From Spirochaetales bacterium (lineage in GTDB: Bacteria; Spirochaetota; Spirochaetia; JABEVK01), in assembly GCA_027451945.1 (NCBI GenBank), contig DAIDHT010000033.1, positions 4,245-68,244 on the forward strand: a DNA stretch of 64,000 bases, in the 5' to 3' direction. The number at the start of each line of letters is the position of its first letter. Positions within the stretch are counted from its first letter, which is position 1. The translations under genes were made by a program, and so were the position numbers. Shown piece by piece: positions 1 to 9,402 of the stretch. The notes under the pieces are model-generated. The model was not told the origin of the DNA, ran no database searches, and was given only the letters and a program-made list of their open reading frames with translations.

Positions 1-1544
1 TTTTGTTCGCTGATAATCGAAGAGTTCATAAACACGGTACAACGACTCCCCAAGAGGGAGGGGTTTTCTGCGCTAAATGCCAAATCAGAAACTTTTTCAA
101 TTGCAATCTTTAAACTACGGGCATACGTTTCAAGAAAACTGCCACACCCCGCCGAGCAGGCTTCGTTCAAAACGATGCCTGTGACAACGCTTTTATTTAA
201 AAAGATGGCCTTCATATCTTGGCCGCCAATATCCAAAATAAAGGTGGCATCAGGCTTCAAGGAGCGAGCAGCCTCGGCATGGGCGACCGTTTCTACCGTA
301 TGAAAGTCGGCGTGCAGAGCCTTGGCAAAGAGGCTTTCGGCATAGCCTGTTGTACCACAGGCCAGAATCTCAAGATCACTTCCAGCGTCCAGGTATTTCT
401 GGCGCATCTCGAGCAGGGCAGACTGAAGCACCTTTAACGGGTCACCAGTATTATTTTTATAGAACTTATCGATGACCTGGCCCGCCTCATCCATGAGAAT
501 GAACTTCGTTGTCGTGGAACCGCCATCGACCCCCAAGAACGCACGAACCATGCCTGGTGTTGGCGGGACGGGTTTCCAGGAGGAGGCGGGGTAACGGGCC
601 TCGAACTGTTGCCGTTCGCGGGGCGACTCAAAAAAGTGGGGGGCATTGCGTCGACTTTCGGCATCAAGCTTTTCGCGTGCGGCTTGAAAACCTCCCAGCA
701 CCGACAAACCCTGATAGGCGACGGGGCGGTCACCATAGAGGGTTTCGCCTGCTAAAGCGGCACCATAAGCAACAATCACTTCGGGCCGTTCGGGCATAAC
801 GATTTGGTGATCCATCAGATTGAGGCGGCTTTGAAACACCTTCACCAAGATGGGATTGAAGGTCATCGGCCCACCTTCAAAGATTACAGGTGGCCTAATA
901 TCCATGCCCTGAGCCAGCCCGCCGATGGTTTGCTTTGCGATAGCGTGAAAGCTCGACAAAGCAATGTCGGCTTTGGCGACCCCCTGGTTTAACAGGGGTT
1001 GAATGTCGGTTTTGGCAAAAACACCACAGCGTCCCGAAATATCGTAAACGGTTTTTCCCTGGGCCGCTAAACTGTTAAAATCTTCAATACGAATTTCTAA
1101 AAGCTCGGCGATTTGATCAATAAACGCGCCTGTTCCACCGGCACAACTGCCATTCATGCGCATGTCGGACGCTACGAGTTTGCCTGTACGCTCATCGGTG
1201 CGAAAAAATACCACCTTGGCATCTTGCCCGCCAAGCTCAACCGCGACACTGGTTTGAGGATGTAACTCTTTGATGGCGATGGTGTTGGCGACAACCTCCT
1301 GAACAAAAAAGGCCCCCGTCAAACGCGAATAGGGTTCGCCAGCGCTACCGCAAAAGGTTAGGCGCAGGGTGTGTTCAGGAAAGCGTTGATGCACCTCCCG
1401 CAAAAGAGTTTCGACCATGCCGCCTTGATCAGCATTATGTCGCCGGTAGTCGGCAAACAGCAACTCTTTGGACTGGGGGTCGAGCACAGCGATCTTGACG
1501 GTGGTAGAACCAACGTCAAGACCAGCTAAAAGTTCCTTGGGCAT
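1..1544 (-). CDS. BadF/BadG/BcrA/BcrD-type ATPase (CoA-substrate-specific enzyme activase family), N-terminal ~514 aa. The gene continues past the window start.
   Basis: Absent from the ORF track only because no stop occurs before the window edge. Manual minus-strand translation from the ATG at 1544-1542 gives MPKELLAGLDVGSTTVKIAVLD... and a second repeat RAFLGVDGGSTTTKFILMDEAGQV..., i.e. two acetate/sugar-kinase-fold ATPase domains as in HgdC/BcrAD activators. GAGG lies 6 nt upstream of the ATG. The frame is open to position 1. Confidence 0.75.
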   Translation of the reverse strand, partial: MPKELLAGLDVGSTTVKIAVLDPQSKELLFADYRRHNADQGGMVETLLREVHQRFPEHTLRLTFCGSAGEPYSRLTGAFFVQEVVANTIAIKELHPQTSVAVELGGQDAKVVFFRTDERTGKLVASDMRMNGSCAGGTGAFIDQIAELLEIRIEDFNSLAAQGKTVYDISGRCGVFAKTDIQPLLNQGVAKADIALSSFHAIAKQTIGGLAQGMDIRPPVIFEGGPMTFNPILVKVFQSRLNLMDHQIVMPERPEVIVAYGAALAGETLYGDRPVAYQGLSVLGGFQAAREKLDAESRRNAPHFFESPRERQQFEARYPASSWKPVPPTPGMVRAFLGVDGGSTTTKFILMDEAGQVIDKFYKNNTGDPLKVLQSALLEMRQKYLDAGSDLEILACGTTGYAESLFAKALHADFHTVETVAHAEAARSLKPDATFILDIGGQDMKAIFLNKSVVTGIVLNEACSAGCGSFLETYARSLKIAIEKVSDLAFSAENPSLLGSRCTVFMNSSIISEQ

Positions 1545-1637
1545 ACGCATCCTCACGAAGTCATTGTAGCAAAATTGACCTACTGATGTAAGAGTACGTA
1601 GTGCCCGTGGGCCTCTTGTTAATAAGTGACCCTCTCG

Positions 1638-2165
1638 TTAATAATGCGCGGCGGCGTACTCAACCCAACCGCCGGCTTCGACGAGGGCTTTTTCAAAACC
1701 GCCCAGGCCAATGTCGTAGGTCTTTTGGGTCTTGCCCGCCGAGAAGGTGATCGTCTGAGCCGACCAATCCGTCGCCATCATGCAGGCTTGGCCTGCGAAG
1801 GCGCTAAACAGCTCGTCGATTTGCGACGCGGTTAAGGTAACTGCCATCAAACCACCGTTGAACATATTTCCTCGAAAAATACGAGCGAAGCCCGAAGCTA
1901 CCACCGCATGAATGCCGTTCACTTCTAAAGCCCAGGGCGCATGCTCGCGGCTGGATCCACAACCAAAGTTGTCCCGGCTCACCACCACGGTTTTTCCTGG
2001 CACATCCCGTTGCGGTTGAAACCCCTCAAGCTTGAGGTCTTCTAAGCAATAGGGTTTCAAGGCCATTTTGGTAACTTCCGTTAGGTACTTGGCGGGAATA
2101 ATTTCGTCGGTGTTAATATCGTTTCGGTCCAAAAACAGGACCTTGCCGTTAAAGTTTTTCATCAT
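1638..2165 (-). CDS. leuD: 3-isopropylmalate dehydratase small subunit-like (aconitase-family small subunit, short archaeal type)
   Basis: 175-aa ORF with FLDRNDINTDEIIPAKYL and GCGSSREHAPWAL motifs typical of LeuD/homoaconitase small subunits. It lies directly downstream of the large subunit on the same strand. Confidence 0.8.
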   Translation of the reverse strand: MMKNFNGKVLFLDRNDINTDEIIPAKYLTEVTKMALKPYCLEDLKLEGFQPQRDVPGKTVVVSRDNFGCGSSREHAPWALEVNGIHAVVASGFARIFRGNMFNGGLMAVTLTASQIDELFSAFAGQACMMATDWSAQTITFSAGKTQKTYDIGLGGFEKALVEAGGWVEYAAAHY

Positions 2166-2190
2166 TTCCTCTTTATAAGCCCCTAGGGCC

Positions 2191-3456
2191 TCAGGCGATT
2201 TCGCCAGCTATCGCCGTTAACGCGGCACTGGCGGGACTCATCAGGTGTACCATTCCGCCCTTCCCCATCCGGCCAAAAAAGTTTCGGTTGGTGGTCGAAG
2301 CGCATACTTCACCTTCGGCTAAAACGCCGTTCGACATTCCCAGACAAGCACCACAGGTAGGGTTGGTGACGCAAAAGCCCGCGTCCATAAAAACCTCTAT
2401 CAGCCCCTCTTTGAGAGCTTGCTGGTACACCGCCGGGGTTGCCGGACTAACAATTCCTCGCACGTGATCAGCAACACGTTTGCCTTTAAGAATTCCGGCG
2501 GCCTGACGCAGGTCCTCAATACGGCCATTGGTACAACTGCCGATGTAAACTTGGTCCACCTTGGTACCCTTGAGTTCCTTAAGCGTTTTGACCTGATCGG
2601 GTTTGTAGCCAAAGGTCGCGACGGGCTCTAAGCGAGAAACATCGAGGCTGAGCACACTATCATAGACGGCGTCAGGGTCCGAAACCCAACTGCGGTAGTG
2701 GGCTAAAGCCTCTTGTTTCGAAGCGAAGTCTTTTTGAATGAACGGCCAAAGGTATTCAACCGTTGTCATATCGGGGGCGCAAATTCCCGAGGTCCCCCCG
2801 GCTTCAATGGCCATATTCGCCAAAGTCATACGGCCTTCCATCGACAAAGCTTCGACAACGGGGCCGGTAAACTCCAAAACGTGGTCCGTCGCCCCATTGA
2901 CCCCCAGGCGGCTAATAACCTGAAGAATCACATCCTTGGCAAAAACCCCGGCTGGTAGTTTACCTGTCAACTCGACCTTGATGGTCTTGGGTTCGCGAAA
3001 CGCGCAGACGCCTTTCAAAAGGCCGACTTCGAGGTCGGTGGTTCCCACTCCTGCGGCAAAGGCCCCAAAAGCGCCGTGAGTACAGGTATGGCTATCGCCC
3101 ATAATAATGGTGTAGCCGGGGCGGACAAAACCCTTTTCAGGGAACAAGGCATGACAAACCCCGTTGCGGCCAATGTCAAAAAAATCCTTGATATTGTGCC
3201 GCTGAGCCCAATCCCGAAGCATCTTACCCTGAAGGGCTGTTTTAGAATCCTTGGCGGGTGTGACATGGTCGATGACCGCCTTGATTTTGGCAGGGTCAAA
3301 AACCCTATCCATCCCTTTTTCCATCAGGTCCGCGATGGCAATGGGGGTGGTGATTTCGTGGCAAAATACGGCGTCAAGTTTTAAAACCCACGCTTCGCCA
3401 AAAGGCCTATCGACAAGATGGGCCTCAAAGATCTTTTGAGCGATGGTTTTTCCCAT
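2191..3456 (-). CDS. leuC: 3-isopropylmalate dehydratase large subunit-like (aconitase-family, archaeal-type LeuC)
   Basis: Aconitase-family motifs IIMGDSHTCTHGAFGAFAAGVGTTD, GSCTNGRIEDL and NPTCGACLG. The start was moved to the internal ATG (MGKTIAQKIF) at 3456 because a perfect GGAGGAG SD lies 5 nt upstream. The track ORF begins 42 nt earlier without an SD. Confidence 0.85.
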   Translation of the reverse strand: MGKTIAQKIFEAHLVDRPFGEAWVLKLDAVFCHEITTPIAIADLMEKGMDRVFDPAKIKAVIDHVTPAKDSKTALQGKMLRDWAQRHNIKDFFDIGRNGVCHALFPEKGFVRPGYTIIMGDSHTCTHGAFGAFAAGVGTTDLEVGLLKGVCAFREPKTIKVELTGKLPAGVFAKDVILQVISRLGVNGATDHVLEFTGPVVEALSMEGRMTLANMAIEAGGTSGICAPDMTTVEYLWPFIQKDFASKQEALAHYRSWVSDPDAVYDSVLSLDVSRLEPVATFGYKPDQVKTLKELKGTKVDQVYIGSCTNGRIEDLRQAAGILKGKRVADHVRGIVSPATPAVYQQALKEGLIEVFMDAGFCVTNPTCGACLGMSNGVLAEGEVCASTTNRNFFGRMGKGGMVHLMSPASAALTAIAGEIA

Positions 3457-3573
3457 ACCGCTCCTCCTCGTCAGGGGAATGACCCCAAATACACCCACCG
3501 CCTGAAAAGGTTCCGTTTCTCAAGAAATTCTTTGTTGCTACGGAAACTCTTCACGAATTGGGCGCTACTATTC

Positions 3574-3885
3574 TTAATGAAGGAGCCAGGAGGTGTCCAG
3601 AGGCGGAAGGGTCACCGATTTTTTTGGTTTACAAAATGGCTGACGCGAATGTTCCCACAAACTTTGTACAAAAGGCCATTCTGGTGCTTTTTGTCGCTGT
3701 CGACAAAACTCTTCCCACTCCGCGCCCGAGGCACAGGCCTCAAAGGCTTCGTCCCATAGCTCAACCGGCAGAGACTGACGAATCGAGGGCTCTAGCAACT
3801 TGCGGCTGACCCGAACCAAATCGTGGTAGATCATCTTTTCCTCGCTTTCTCGGGGAGTTTCTAAGGGAGTATTCTTCTCTTCCAT
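3574..3885 (-). CDS. hypothetical small acidic protein (103 aa), uncertain
   Basis: Intergenic ORF upstream of leuC on the same strand, with a plausible codon pattern. It has no SD and no recognisable domain. Confidence 0.3.
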   Translation of the reverse strand: MEEKNTPLETPRESEEKMIYHDLVRVSRKLLEPSIRQSLPVELWDEAFEACASGAEWEEFCRQRQKAPEWPFVQSLWEHSRQPFCKPKKSVTLPPLDTSWLLH

Positions 3886-4022
3886 GCAGGATCTGTGAGG
3901 ATTTCGTCAAACTTTTATTAAGAATTGTCTAACACCTGGGCAGGTTCGACCTTGCTTGGCATAATCGCTGTATCAAGGTCGCCGCAAAGTCAGTGCCTGC
4001 GGCCCCAGACCAGGAGTTCAGC

Positions 4023-5462
4023 ATGCCGGATGAAGTTTTTCGCCTTAGGAGCAATCGTTCTCTTGCCCATTTTCTTGAAGTCTTTTTTTTAAGGTACCCC
4101 GGAGTTTTAGGCCCCGCTCAGGCCGAAACCTGGGAGTTCTGGGATACCTATGACGGCCGGTGGGGAAAAGACGGCAAAGCCTGGGTGCGCAACGAAACCT
4201 CCGAGCCACTGCTTGTTCAACCCCCTTCGTGGCGCCCCTTACCCGGTTCTTGGTCAGATTTTGGCCTTCAAAGCCCCGTCTTATGGGCCAAAGCTCACTT
4301 AACGGTTCAAGAAGTACGGTTTTCAACAGGTTCAACGCGATCTTTGCAGGGTTGGCTAACCCACAGCCGCCACGGAACCTTTTTAGCTTTGGGTGAAACG
4401 GATGACCCGTTAGCTCCAGCCATCATCGAGACCTTAGCACACGAATTAGAACGCGTCACCGACCGGGGAACGGCTCTTGTTGCCCCCTTGCGTCATAGCT
4501 TTGTCTGGCCGAGCGGGCGGCAACCAGCCGCAGGCGAAAGCGCACTCACTTACTTTGTAGCCCGCCTTCGCCAAGAGTTTACGCTGGCTCGCCAATACGA
4601 AAAGGGCATGGCGAACGACGTTGACACCGAGTGTTTGCATCAGTACCGTACACGACTCAGGCGCGCTCGGTCGATTGTTCGCCTGGGACAAAAGCTCTTC
4701 GGCCCGTCGCTCAAAGGTTTGTCGCAACACCTTCAACAGCTCATGCGCCCGAGCAACGAGTTACGGGATCTTGATGTTCTTTTGATCAGTTGGGAAAGCT
4801 TTACTCGCTTACTCCCGCCCGAATTTGCTAATGACTGGACGCTATGGAAAGCGGCGCTCGAAAAGCAACGGCAAATAGAGACTCGTTCGTGGAAAAGGTG
4901 GCTTAAATCCGAAAGCTACCAAACCGTTGTCCAAGAATTCACGCTGGCCCTCGACAGCTTGTCGGTACCTGGTCCCGCCATCGAGGTGGCAGCCTTGCCA
5001 CTCTTAGCGCGGCTTGCCAAGCTACGGAAAATTCCTCGCGCACTGGGCCCTTCCCCAACCGCAGAACAACTTCACCAGTCTCGGATCCAGCTCAAAAAAG
5101 GCCGTTATAGCTTAGAGATGCTGAGCTATTGGTGCCCACCCAGGGTTTATGCCGGGCTCGTTAAAGAAATCCGGTCATTGCAAGACCGACTTGGGGCTTT
5201 CCAAGACCTTTCTGTGATTTTACATCGCGTCAGCCGCGAGCTAGAGGCCAAAAAGTCTGCGTTAGCCCCCCTGCCCCGTGGCGTTCTTTGGGGTACCTTG
5301 TGGGCCGAAGCCCGCCAAATGCAATGGCAGGTTCATAAAGCCCTGCTGAGGCTGGCCTCCCCCCGACTTCGTAAAGTTTTTACCGTTTTAAAGAGCCTAG
5401 AGTCCGCTCAGCAAAAGCCCGAAAAGCAAAGCCCTGACCCGGAGACACCCCATGAGTTATGA
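4023..5462 (+). CDS. CHAD domain-containing protein
   Basis: C-terminal half carries the conserved His/Arg helical signature (ECLHQYRTRLRRARSIVRLGQKLFG... LHQSRIQLKKGRYSLEML) of CHAD domains. The start was set at the ATG at 4023 (MPDEVFRL) behind an AGGAG SD. The track ORF begins at an upstream GTG. Confidence 0.7.
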   Translation: MPDEVFRLRSNRSLAHFLEVFFLRYPGVLGPAQAETWEFWDTYDGRWGKDGKAWVRNETSEPLLVQPPSWRPLPGSWSDFGLQSPVLWAKAHLTVQEVRFSTGSTRSLQGWLTHSRHGTFLALGETDDPLAPAIIETLAHELERVTDRGTALVAPLRHSFVWPSGRQPAAGESALTYFVARLRQEFTLARQYEKGMANDVDTECLHQYRTRLRRARSIVRLGQKLFGPSLKGLSQHLQQLMRPSNELRDLDVLLISWESFTRLLPPEFANDWTLWKAALEKQRQIETRSWKRWLKSESYQTVVQEFTLALDSLSVPGPAIEVAALPLLARLAKLRKIPRALGPSPTAEQLHQSRIQLKKGRYSLEMLSYWCPPRVYAGLVKEIRSLQDRLGAFQDLSVILHRVSRELEAKKSALAPLPRGVLWGTLWAEARQMQWQVHKALLRLASPRLRKVFTVLKSLESAQQKPEKQSPDPETPHEL

Positions 5463-6348
5463 GCGATCCTTTTTGTGGAACGGTGGCTTGCCCGCTGACA
5501 AGTTTTGCTGGTCCGAAGAGTTAGCCTTTTTGCCAAATACGGGCCTCTGGGCTTTGCACCTGCTCAAGAAAAACTCTCCCGAGGGCTCCCTTGAGTTGCG
5601 ACTTCAGCAGAACCAGACTTTGCCACGCACCACGATTCCGCTGGACCAAGCGGCGTCAACCGAGTTGTGGGAACAAGCCCCCGACCGTCTGGTGCGGCGC
5701 TGTGCTCCCCTAGAAAAACTTCTCCCTTCGGGAAAAAAGCTAGCGGGGGAACTTTTTTTATACGACGGACCCTTGGCTGGTTTGAGAACTGCCGTGGTGA
5801 GTTTCGCTTCACGTGAAAAAGCACGACAATTTCGACCACCGCGTCAGTTTGGCTATGAAGTAACGTTCGATCCTCGGTTTAAAGAACAGGCTCTAGGACA
5901 GCCGCAACCGACCATTCCCCTATCAGCAGAGGCCTCGGTAACTTGGGCGTATGGAGCCCTTCCGTTTCGCCAAAAAGGGGCACAAACTGAGCTCATTATC
6001 ATTTCTACCCGTGGTTCCGAAACAACTCGCGGTTCAGCACGCTGGATTTTTCCCAAGGGGCAACCCGAAAAAGGCCTGACGCCAGCGCAAGTGGCGGTTA
6101 TGGAAGGGCATGAAGAGGCCGGACTTCACGGAAGCTTGGTGGGCCACCCGCTACTTTTACCGTTTCAACGCGACGCGGGAACCGATAATTTGGTGCTTTT
6201 TCCCCTGCGAGTCAAAAAATGGGACACGACCTGGCGCGAAGCCGGGCAACGTGAGCGCGCAAGCCTTCCTTTAAACGAGGTTGACCCCCAGGTTCACGGC
6301 GATTTAATTGCTCGGGGCGCCCAAGCGCTTTTTGATCTGTACACCTAG
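5452..6348 (+). CDS. Nudix-like hydrolase domain protein (degenerate Nudix box), coupled to the CHAD gene
   Basis: PKGQPEKGLTPAQVAVMEGHEEAGL aligns with the Nudix box GX5EX7REUXEEXGU, with the Arg replaced by Met and one Glu by Leu. The ATG overlaps the CHAD gene stop. GGAGA SD. Confidence 0.55.
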   Translation: MSYERSFLWNGGLPADKFCWSEELAFLPNTGLWALHLLKKNSPEGSLELRLQQNQTLPRTTIPLDQAASTELWEQAPDRLVRRCAPLEKLLPSGKKLAGELFLYDGPLAGLRTAVVSFASREKARQFRPPRQFGYEVTFDPRFKEQALGQPQPTIPLSAEASVTWAYGALPFRQKGAQTELIIISTRGSETTRGSARWIFPKGQPEKGLTPAQVAVMEGHEEAGLHGSLVGHPLLLPFQRDAGTDNLVLFPLRVKKWDTTWREAGQRERASLPLNEVDPQVHGDLIARGAQALFDLYT

Positions 6349-6389
6349 AGTTGCGCCAGGAATCACCTTATGTTAAGTTAGACGCCGCC

Positions 6390-8162
6390 ATGCGAAAACC
6401 ACTCATTGCCTTCACCCTTTTTGTTCTCGGCGGAGTTTTGTGCGGAGTTGCGCCCCTAACAGCCCAAGAGGCATCTCAAGAATCGGCGCAAAACCTTGAA
6501 CGCCCCGTCGCCGCCGATTCTCCTGTTTATGGGTGGTTGGCCGATTTATTCGCCTCGCAGGGGCAAACCTTACCGACGCGGTTTGCGCCTTCAACCATAC
6601 GTCAAATTTTGTGGGAGCTGAGCCTTTTAGATTCAACACGCTTTGACCGAGGCGAGGCCCAGTTAGCCGCCGCGATCCGCACGACCATCGAGGGTCGCCC
6701 TCAAACGTATCACGAGGGTGCCTTTTCAGCTCGCATCATGCAAGATTTCAACCCCCAGGGCTTTGCCTCGCTGGGGACCTTGCTCCCCTGGTATGACGGT
6801 TACAACACCAGGCCCAATTTGTACGACATAAAACTCGAAGCCAGCGTAGGTAATTGGGTCTGGGCAGGCTTTGATCTCGATTTGAAAAAAGACTACTTCA
6901 CTGACCTTGATCAGCTTCAACCCGTTTCGAACATCCCCCTGTCCGGCTCGGAGCTGGAGTGGATGTGGCCGGATACCGCAGGTATGGTGTTCGGCGGCGA
7001 CCATTGGGATGTGCGCTTTCTTCGAGGCAAGGTAGGCACCCAAGCGGGCTTTTCCAACGCCGCCCTTTCGACCGCTTTGGGCACGGTCGATCAGTTGGGC
7101 TTTTCGACCTGGTGGAAGGGCTTTACCTACAATTTTTTGGTGATCCCCTTTTCAGACTACGCCATCACGCCGGGACAGACCTACTACGGGGGCTACTACA
7201 AAACTACCCCGTTCGATCAGCAAGCCAGTGCCAATAACAACGCTGGGGCCACCTATATGCCGGCCTCGACCACCTACTTTATCGACCACCGCCTCGACTT
7301 TCGCCTCTTTAGCCGCCTCAACCTCACCGTCAGCGAAATTCTGCTGGTGGATATGAGTAGTTTTGACCCACAGTATTTTAACCCGTTCTTTCCCGGTCAT
7401 AACTGGCTTTTACAATCCAACGCCAACTCCGATATCGCGCTCGACCTTAACTGGGCGGCGGCTCCCGGTTGGAACCTCTACGGACAAATCTACGGCGACT
7501 ACATTCGTACTGCCTTTAAAAGCTCCGAGTTTGGCGACGCCAACCCCTTGGCGATGGCCTACCTTGCCGGTTTGCGACGGGTCTGGACAGTCGGCGGCAC
7601 CGTATGGTCCTTTCAAGCCGAGGGAACGTATGCCGATCCGTTTTTGTATTTAAACCCCGATGTCAACGCCGTGTACTACCAGCGTTACCAGACCACCTAC
7701 CAGGGCTCGGGAGGCGAGGGCATTTTTCTCATCGGGCGTCCTTTTGGTTTAGCGGCTGGTCCCGACAGTATTACTGGGGTTCTAGCACTCAAAGCTGAAC
7801 ACCCCCGCCGTTGGAAGCTTTCGTTAACCGCGCCCTTTACCGCCCAAGGGGACAATTCAATTTATACCCCCGCGCCGACCCTAAAAGTCGACCCGTGGAC
7901 GGGCAATCCTAACCCGCTCTACGGAACCACCGGGTATTTAAGCTGGACATCCCCCACGGGGACGGCGATTTTGACCCAGCAGGTGATTCTAACCGCCGAA
8001 GCGGGCCCTGACCTGTTGCAGGGGACGCTGTTAGCCCCCGGCGGCTCAGAGTCCAGCTTGAGTTTGAGCCTTGATTGGGCAACAATTTGGAATCAAAATC
8101 ATGTCGTCAGCGCGCCGGTTAGCGACCTGCAAACGGTGCTGACCTGGAAAAACCGCTGGTAA
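6390..8162 (+). CDS. secreted beta-rich protein, possible outer-membrane protein (hypothetical)
   Basis: 590-aa ORF. The start was moved to the ATG at 6390 (MRKPLIAFTLFVLGGVLCGVAPLTAQEA, a signal peptide). It is rich in Gly/Tyr/Trp/Asn in alternating patterns and ends in an aromatic residue. Confidence 0.55.
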   Translation: MRKPLIAFTLFVLGGVLCGVAPLTAQEASQESAQNLERPVAADSPVYGWLADLFASQGQTLPTRFAPSTIRQILWELSLLDSTRFDRGEAQLAAAIRTTIEGRPQTYHEGAFSARIMQDFNPQGFASLGTLLPWYDGYNTRPNLYDIKLEASVGNWVWAGFDLDLKKDYFTDLDQLQPVSNIPLSGSELEWMWPDTAGMVFGGDHWDVRFLRGKVGTQAGFSNAALSTALGTVDQLGFSTWWKGFTYNFLVIPFSDYAITPGQTYYGGYYKTTPFDQQASANNNAGATYMPASTTYFIDHRLDFRLFSRLNLTVSEILLVDMSSFDPQYFNPFFPGHNWLLQSNANSDIALDLNWAAAPGWNLYGQIYGDYIRTAFKSSEFGDANPLAMAYLAGLRRVWTVGGTVWSFQAEGTYADPFLYLNPDVNAVYYQRYQTTYQGSGGEGIFLIGRPFGLAAGPDSITGVLALKAEHPRRWKLSLTAPFTAQGDNSIYTPAPTLKVDPWTGNPNPLYGTTGYLSWTSPTGTAILTQQVILTAEAGPDLLQGTLLAPGGSESSLSLSLDWATIWNQNHVVSAPVSDLQTVLTWKNRW

Positions 8163-8181
8163 AGCACCCTGGAGAAATTCT

Positions 8182-9402
8182 ATGAAAATTGCGTTTACGT
8201 CTGATGTTTATTGGCCTCGCATTAACGGTGTGACCGTTTCGACCAATATCTTTCTCGATGAGCTGACCAAACTCGGGCATACGTTGCGCCTGTGGACGCC
8301 GACCTACCCCGAACCCGAAGACACCAAGGGCATGCACCATGCTGATCCTCGCGTTTCGCGGCTCAAATCGTGGGGGTTATTCTTTTCGAAAGAAGACCGC
8401 CTGGTCAGCCCCTTCCAACGGGGCAGGTTCTTTCACGAATTAACCGAGTTTGAACCCGAGATTGTCCATGTTCAGACCGAATTCACCACGTCACTCATGG
8501 CCCATGCCTGGGCGAGAAAACACCACGTCCCGGTGATTCAAACGTGCCATACCTATTTTGAGCAGTACATCCATTACTACCTGCCCTTACTGCCCGAAAA
8601 AGCCGGTAAAGCCTGGGCTCGTAAACTGACCTATCAGCTTTTCAACAAAGCTGACGCGATCATTTCACCCACAGTCCCCATGAAGGGCGTTCTTGAAAGC
8701 TATGGGATCACCTGCCCCATCGAAGTCATTCCCACGGGGATTCAAGAAAACGATTTTAAAGGAACCAACAAGGAAGAGGAGTCTGTTCATTCCCGATGGC
8801 TTTTGCAGTTTCCCCAGCTTCGGGGACGAAAGTTGATGCTCTATGTGGGCCGAGTTGGGCAAGAAAAAAACATGGACTTTCTTTTGGACGTGGTCGAGCA
8901 CGTTCAAACCAAAGTTCCCAAGGCGACGCTCGTTGTGGCAGGAAACGGCCCCTACCTTGACGAATTTAAGACCAAAGCCAAAGAACGCGGTCTTGACGAC
9001 CTGGTGCTCTGCCTGGGTTATGTCGATCGAAAAGAGCTTAAACACCTGTATTCGTTGGCGGATGTTTTTACGTTTGCCTCAAAAACCGAAACGCAAGGTT
9101 TAGTCACCATCGAAGCCATGATGTGCCACACCCCGGCCGTAGCGATCGGGCTCATGGGAACGAAAGAGGTCATGAACGGAGACAATGGCGGCTTTATGGT
9201 TGACGATGATCTTGAACAGTTTTCAGCGGCGGTAATCCGTTTGTTGACTGACCCCGCTGTCTACCGCGCTAAGTCCCAAGAAGCCTACCAGTACGCGCAA
9301 AACTGGACAGCCGCAAAGATGGCCCTCAAGATTGAAAAGCTCTACGGCGAAACTGTCGCACGGTACCAGCAAAACCAGGCTCAAGGGGCAAAAGCACGGT
9401 AA
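8182..9402 (+). CDS. glycosyltransferase family 4 (GT-B fold, group 1)
   Basis: N-terminal MKIAFTSDVYWPRINGV and C-terminal E-X7-E region (FASKTETQGLVTIEAMMCHTPAV) typical of GT4 enzymes. GGAGAAA SD. Confidence 0.85.
   Translation: MKIAFTSDVYWPRINGVTVSTNIFLDELTKLGHTLRLWTPTYPEPEDTKGMHHADPRVSRLKSWGLFFSKEDRLVSPFQRGRFFHELTEFEPEIVHVQTEFTTSLMAHAWARKHHVPVIQTCHTYFEQYIHYYLPLLPEKAGKAWARKLTYQLFNKADAIISPTVPMKGVLESYGITCPIEVIPTGIQENDFKGTNKEEESVHSRWLLQFPQLRGRKLMLYVGRVGQEKNMDFLLDVVEHVQTKVPKATLVVAGNGPYLDEFKTKAKERGLDDLVLCLGYVDRKELKHLYSLADVFTFASKTETQGLVTIEAMMCHTPAVAIGLMGTKEVMNGDNGGFMVDDDLEQFSAAVIRLLTDPAVYRAKSQEAYQYAQNWTAAKMALKIEKLYGETVARYQQNQAQGAKAR

Noticed and set aside
1-1550. No ORF of 60 aa or more is listed in the track for the first 1.5 kb on the minus strand, which could suggest a pseudogene or non-coding DNA.
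   Set aside because: Manual translation shows one uninterrupted minus-strand frame from the ATG at 1544 to position 1, with double BadF/BcrA ATPase motifs. It is missing from the track only because it has no in-window stop.
2400-3384. Track ORFs 2400-2612(-), 2419-2631(+), 2713-2958(+), 3015-3299(-), 3076-3384(+), 3251-3439(+) and 3418-3759(+).
   Set aside because: All lie inside or antisense to the well-supported leuC coding region and have Arg/Ala/Ser-rich compositions typical of out-of-frame translation of GC-rich DNA.
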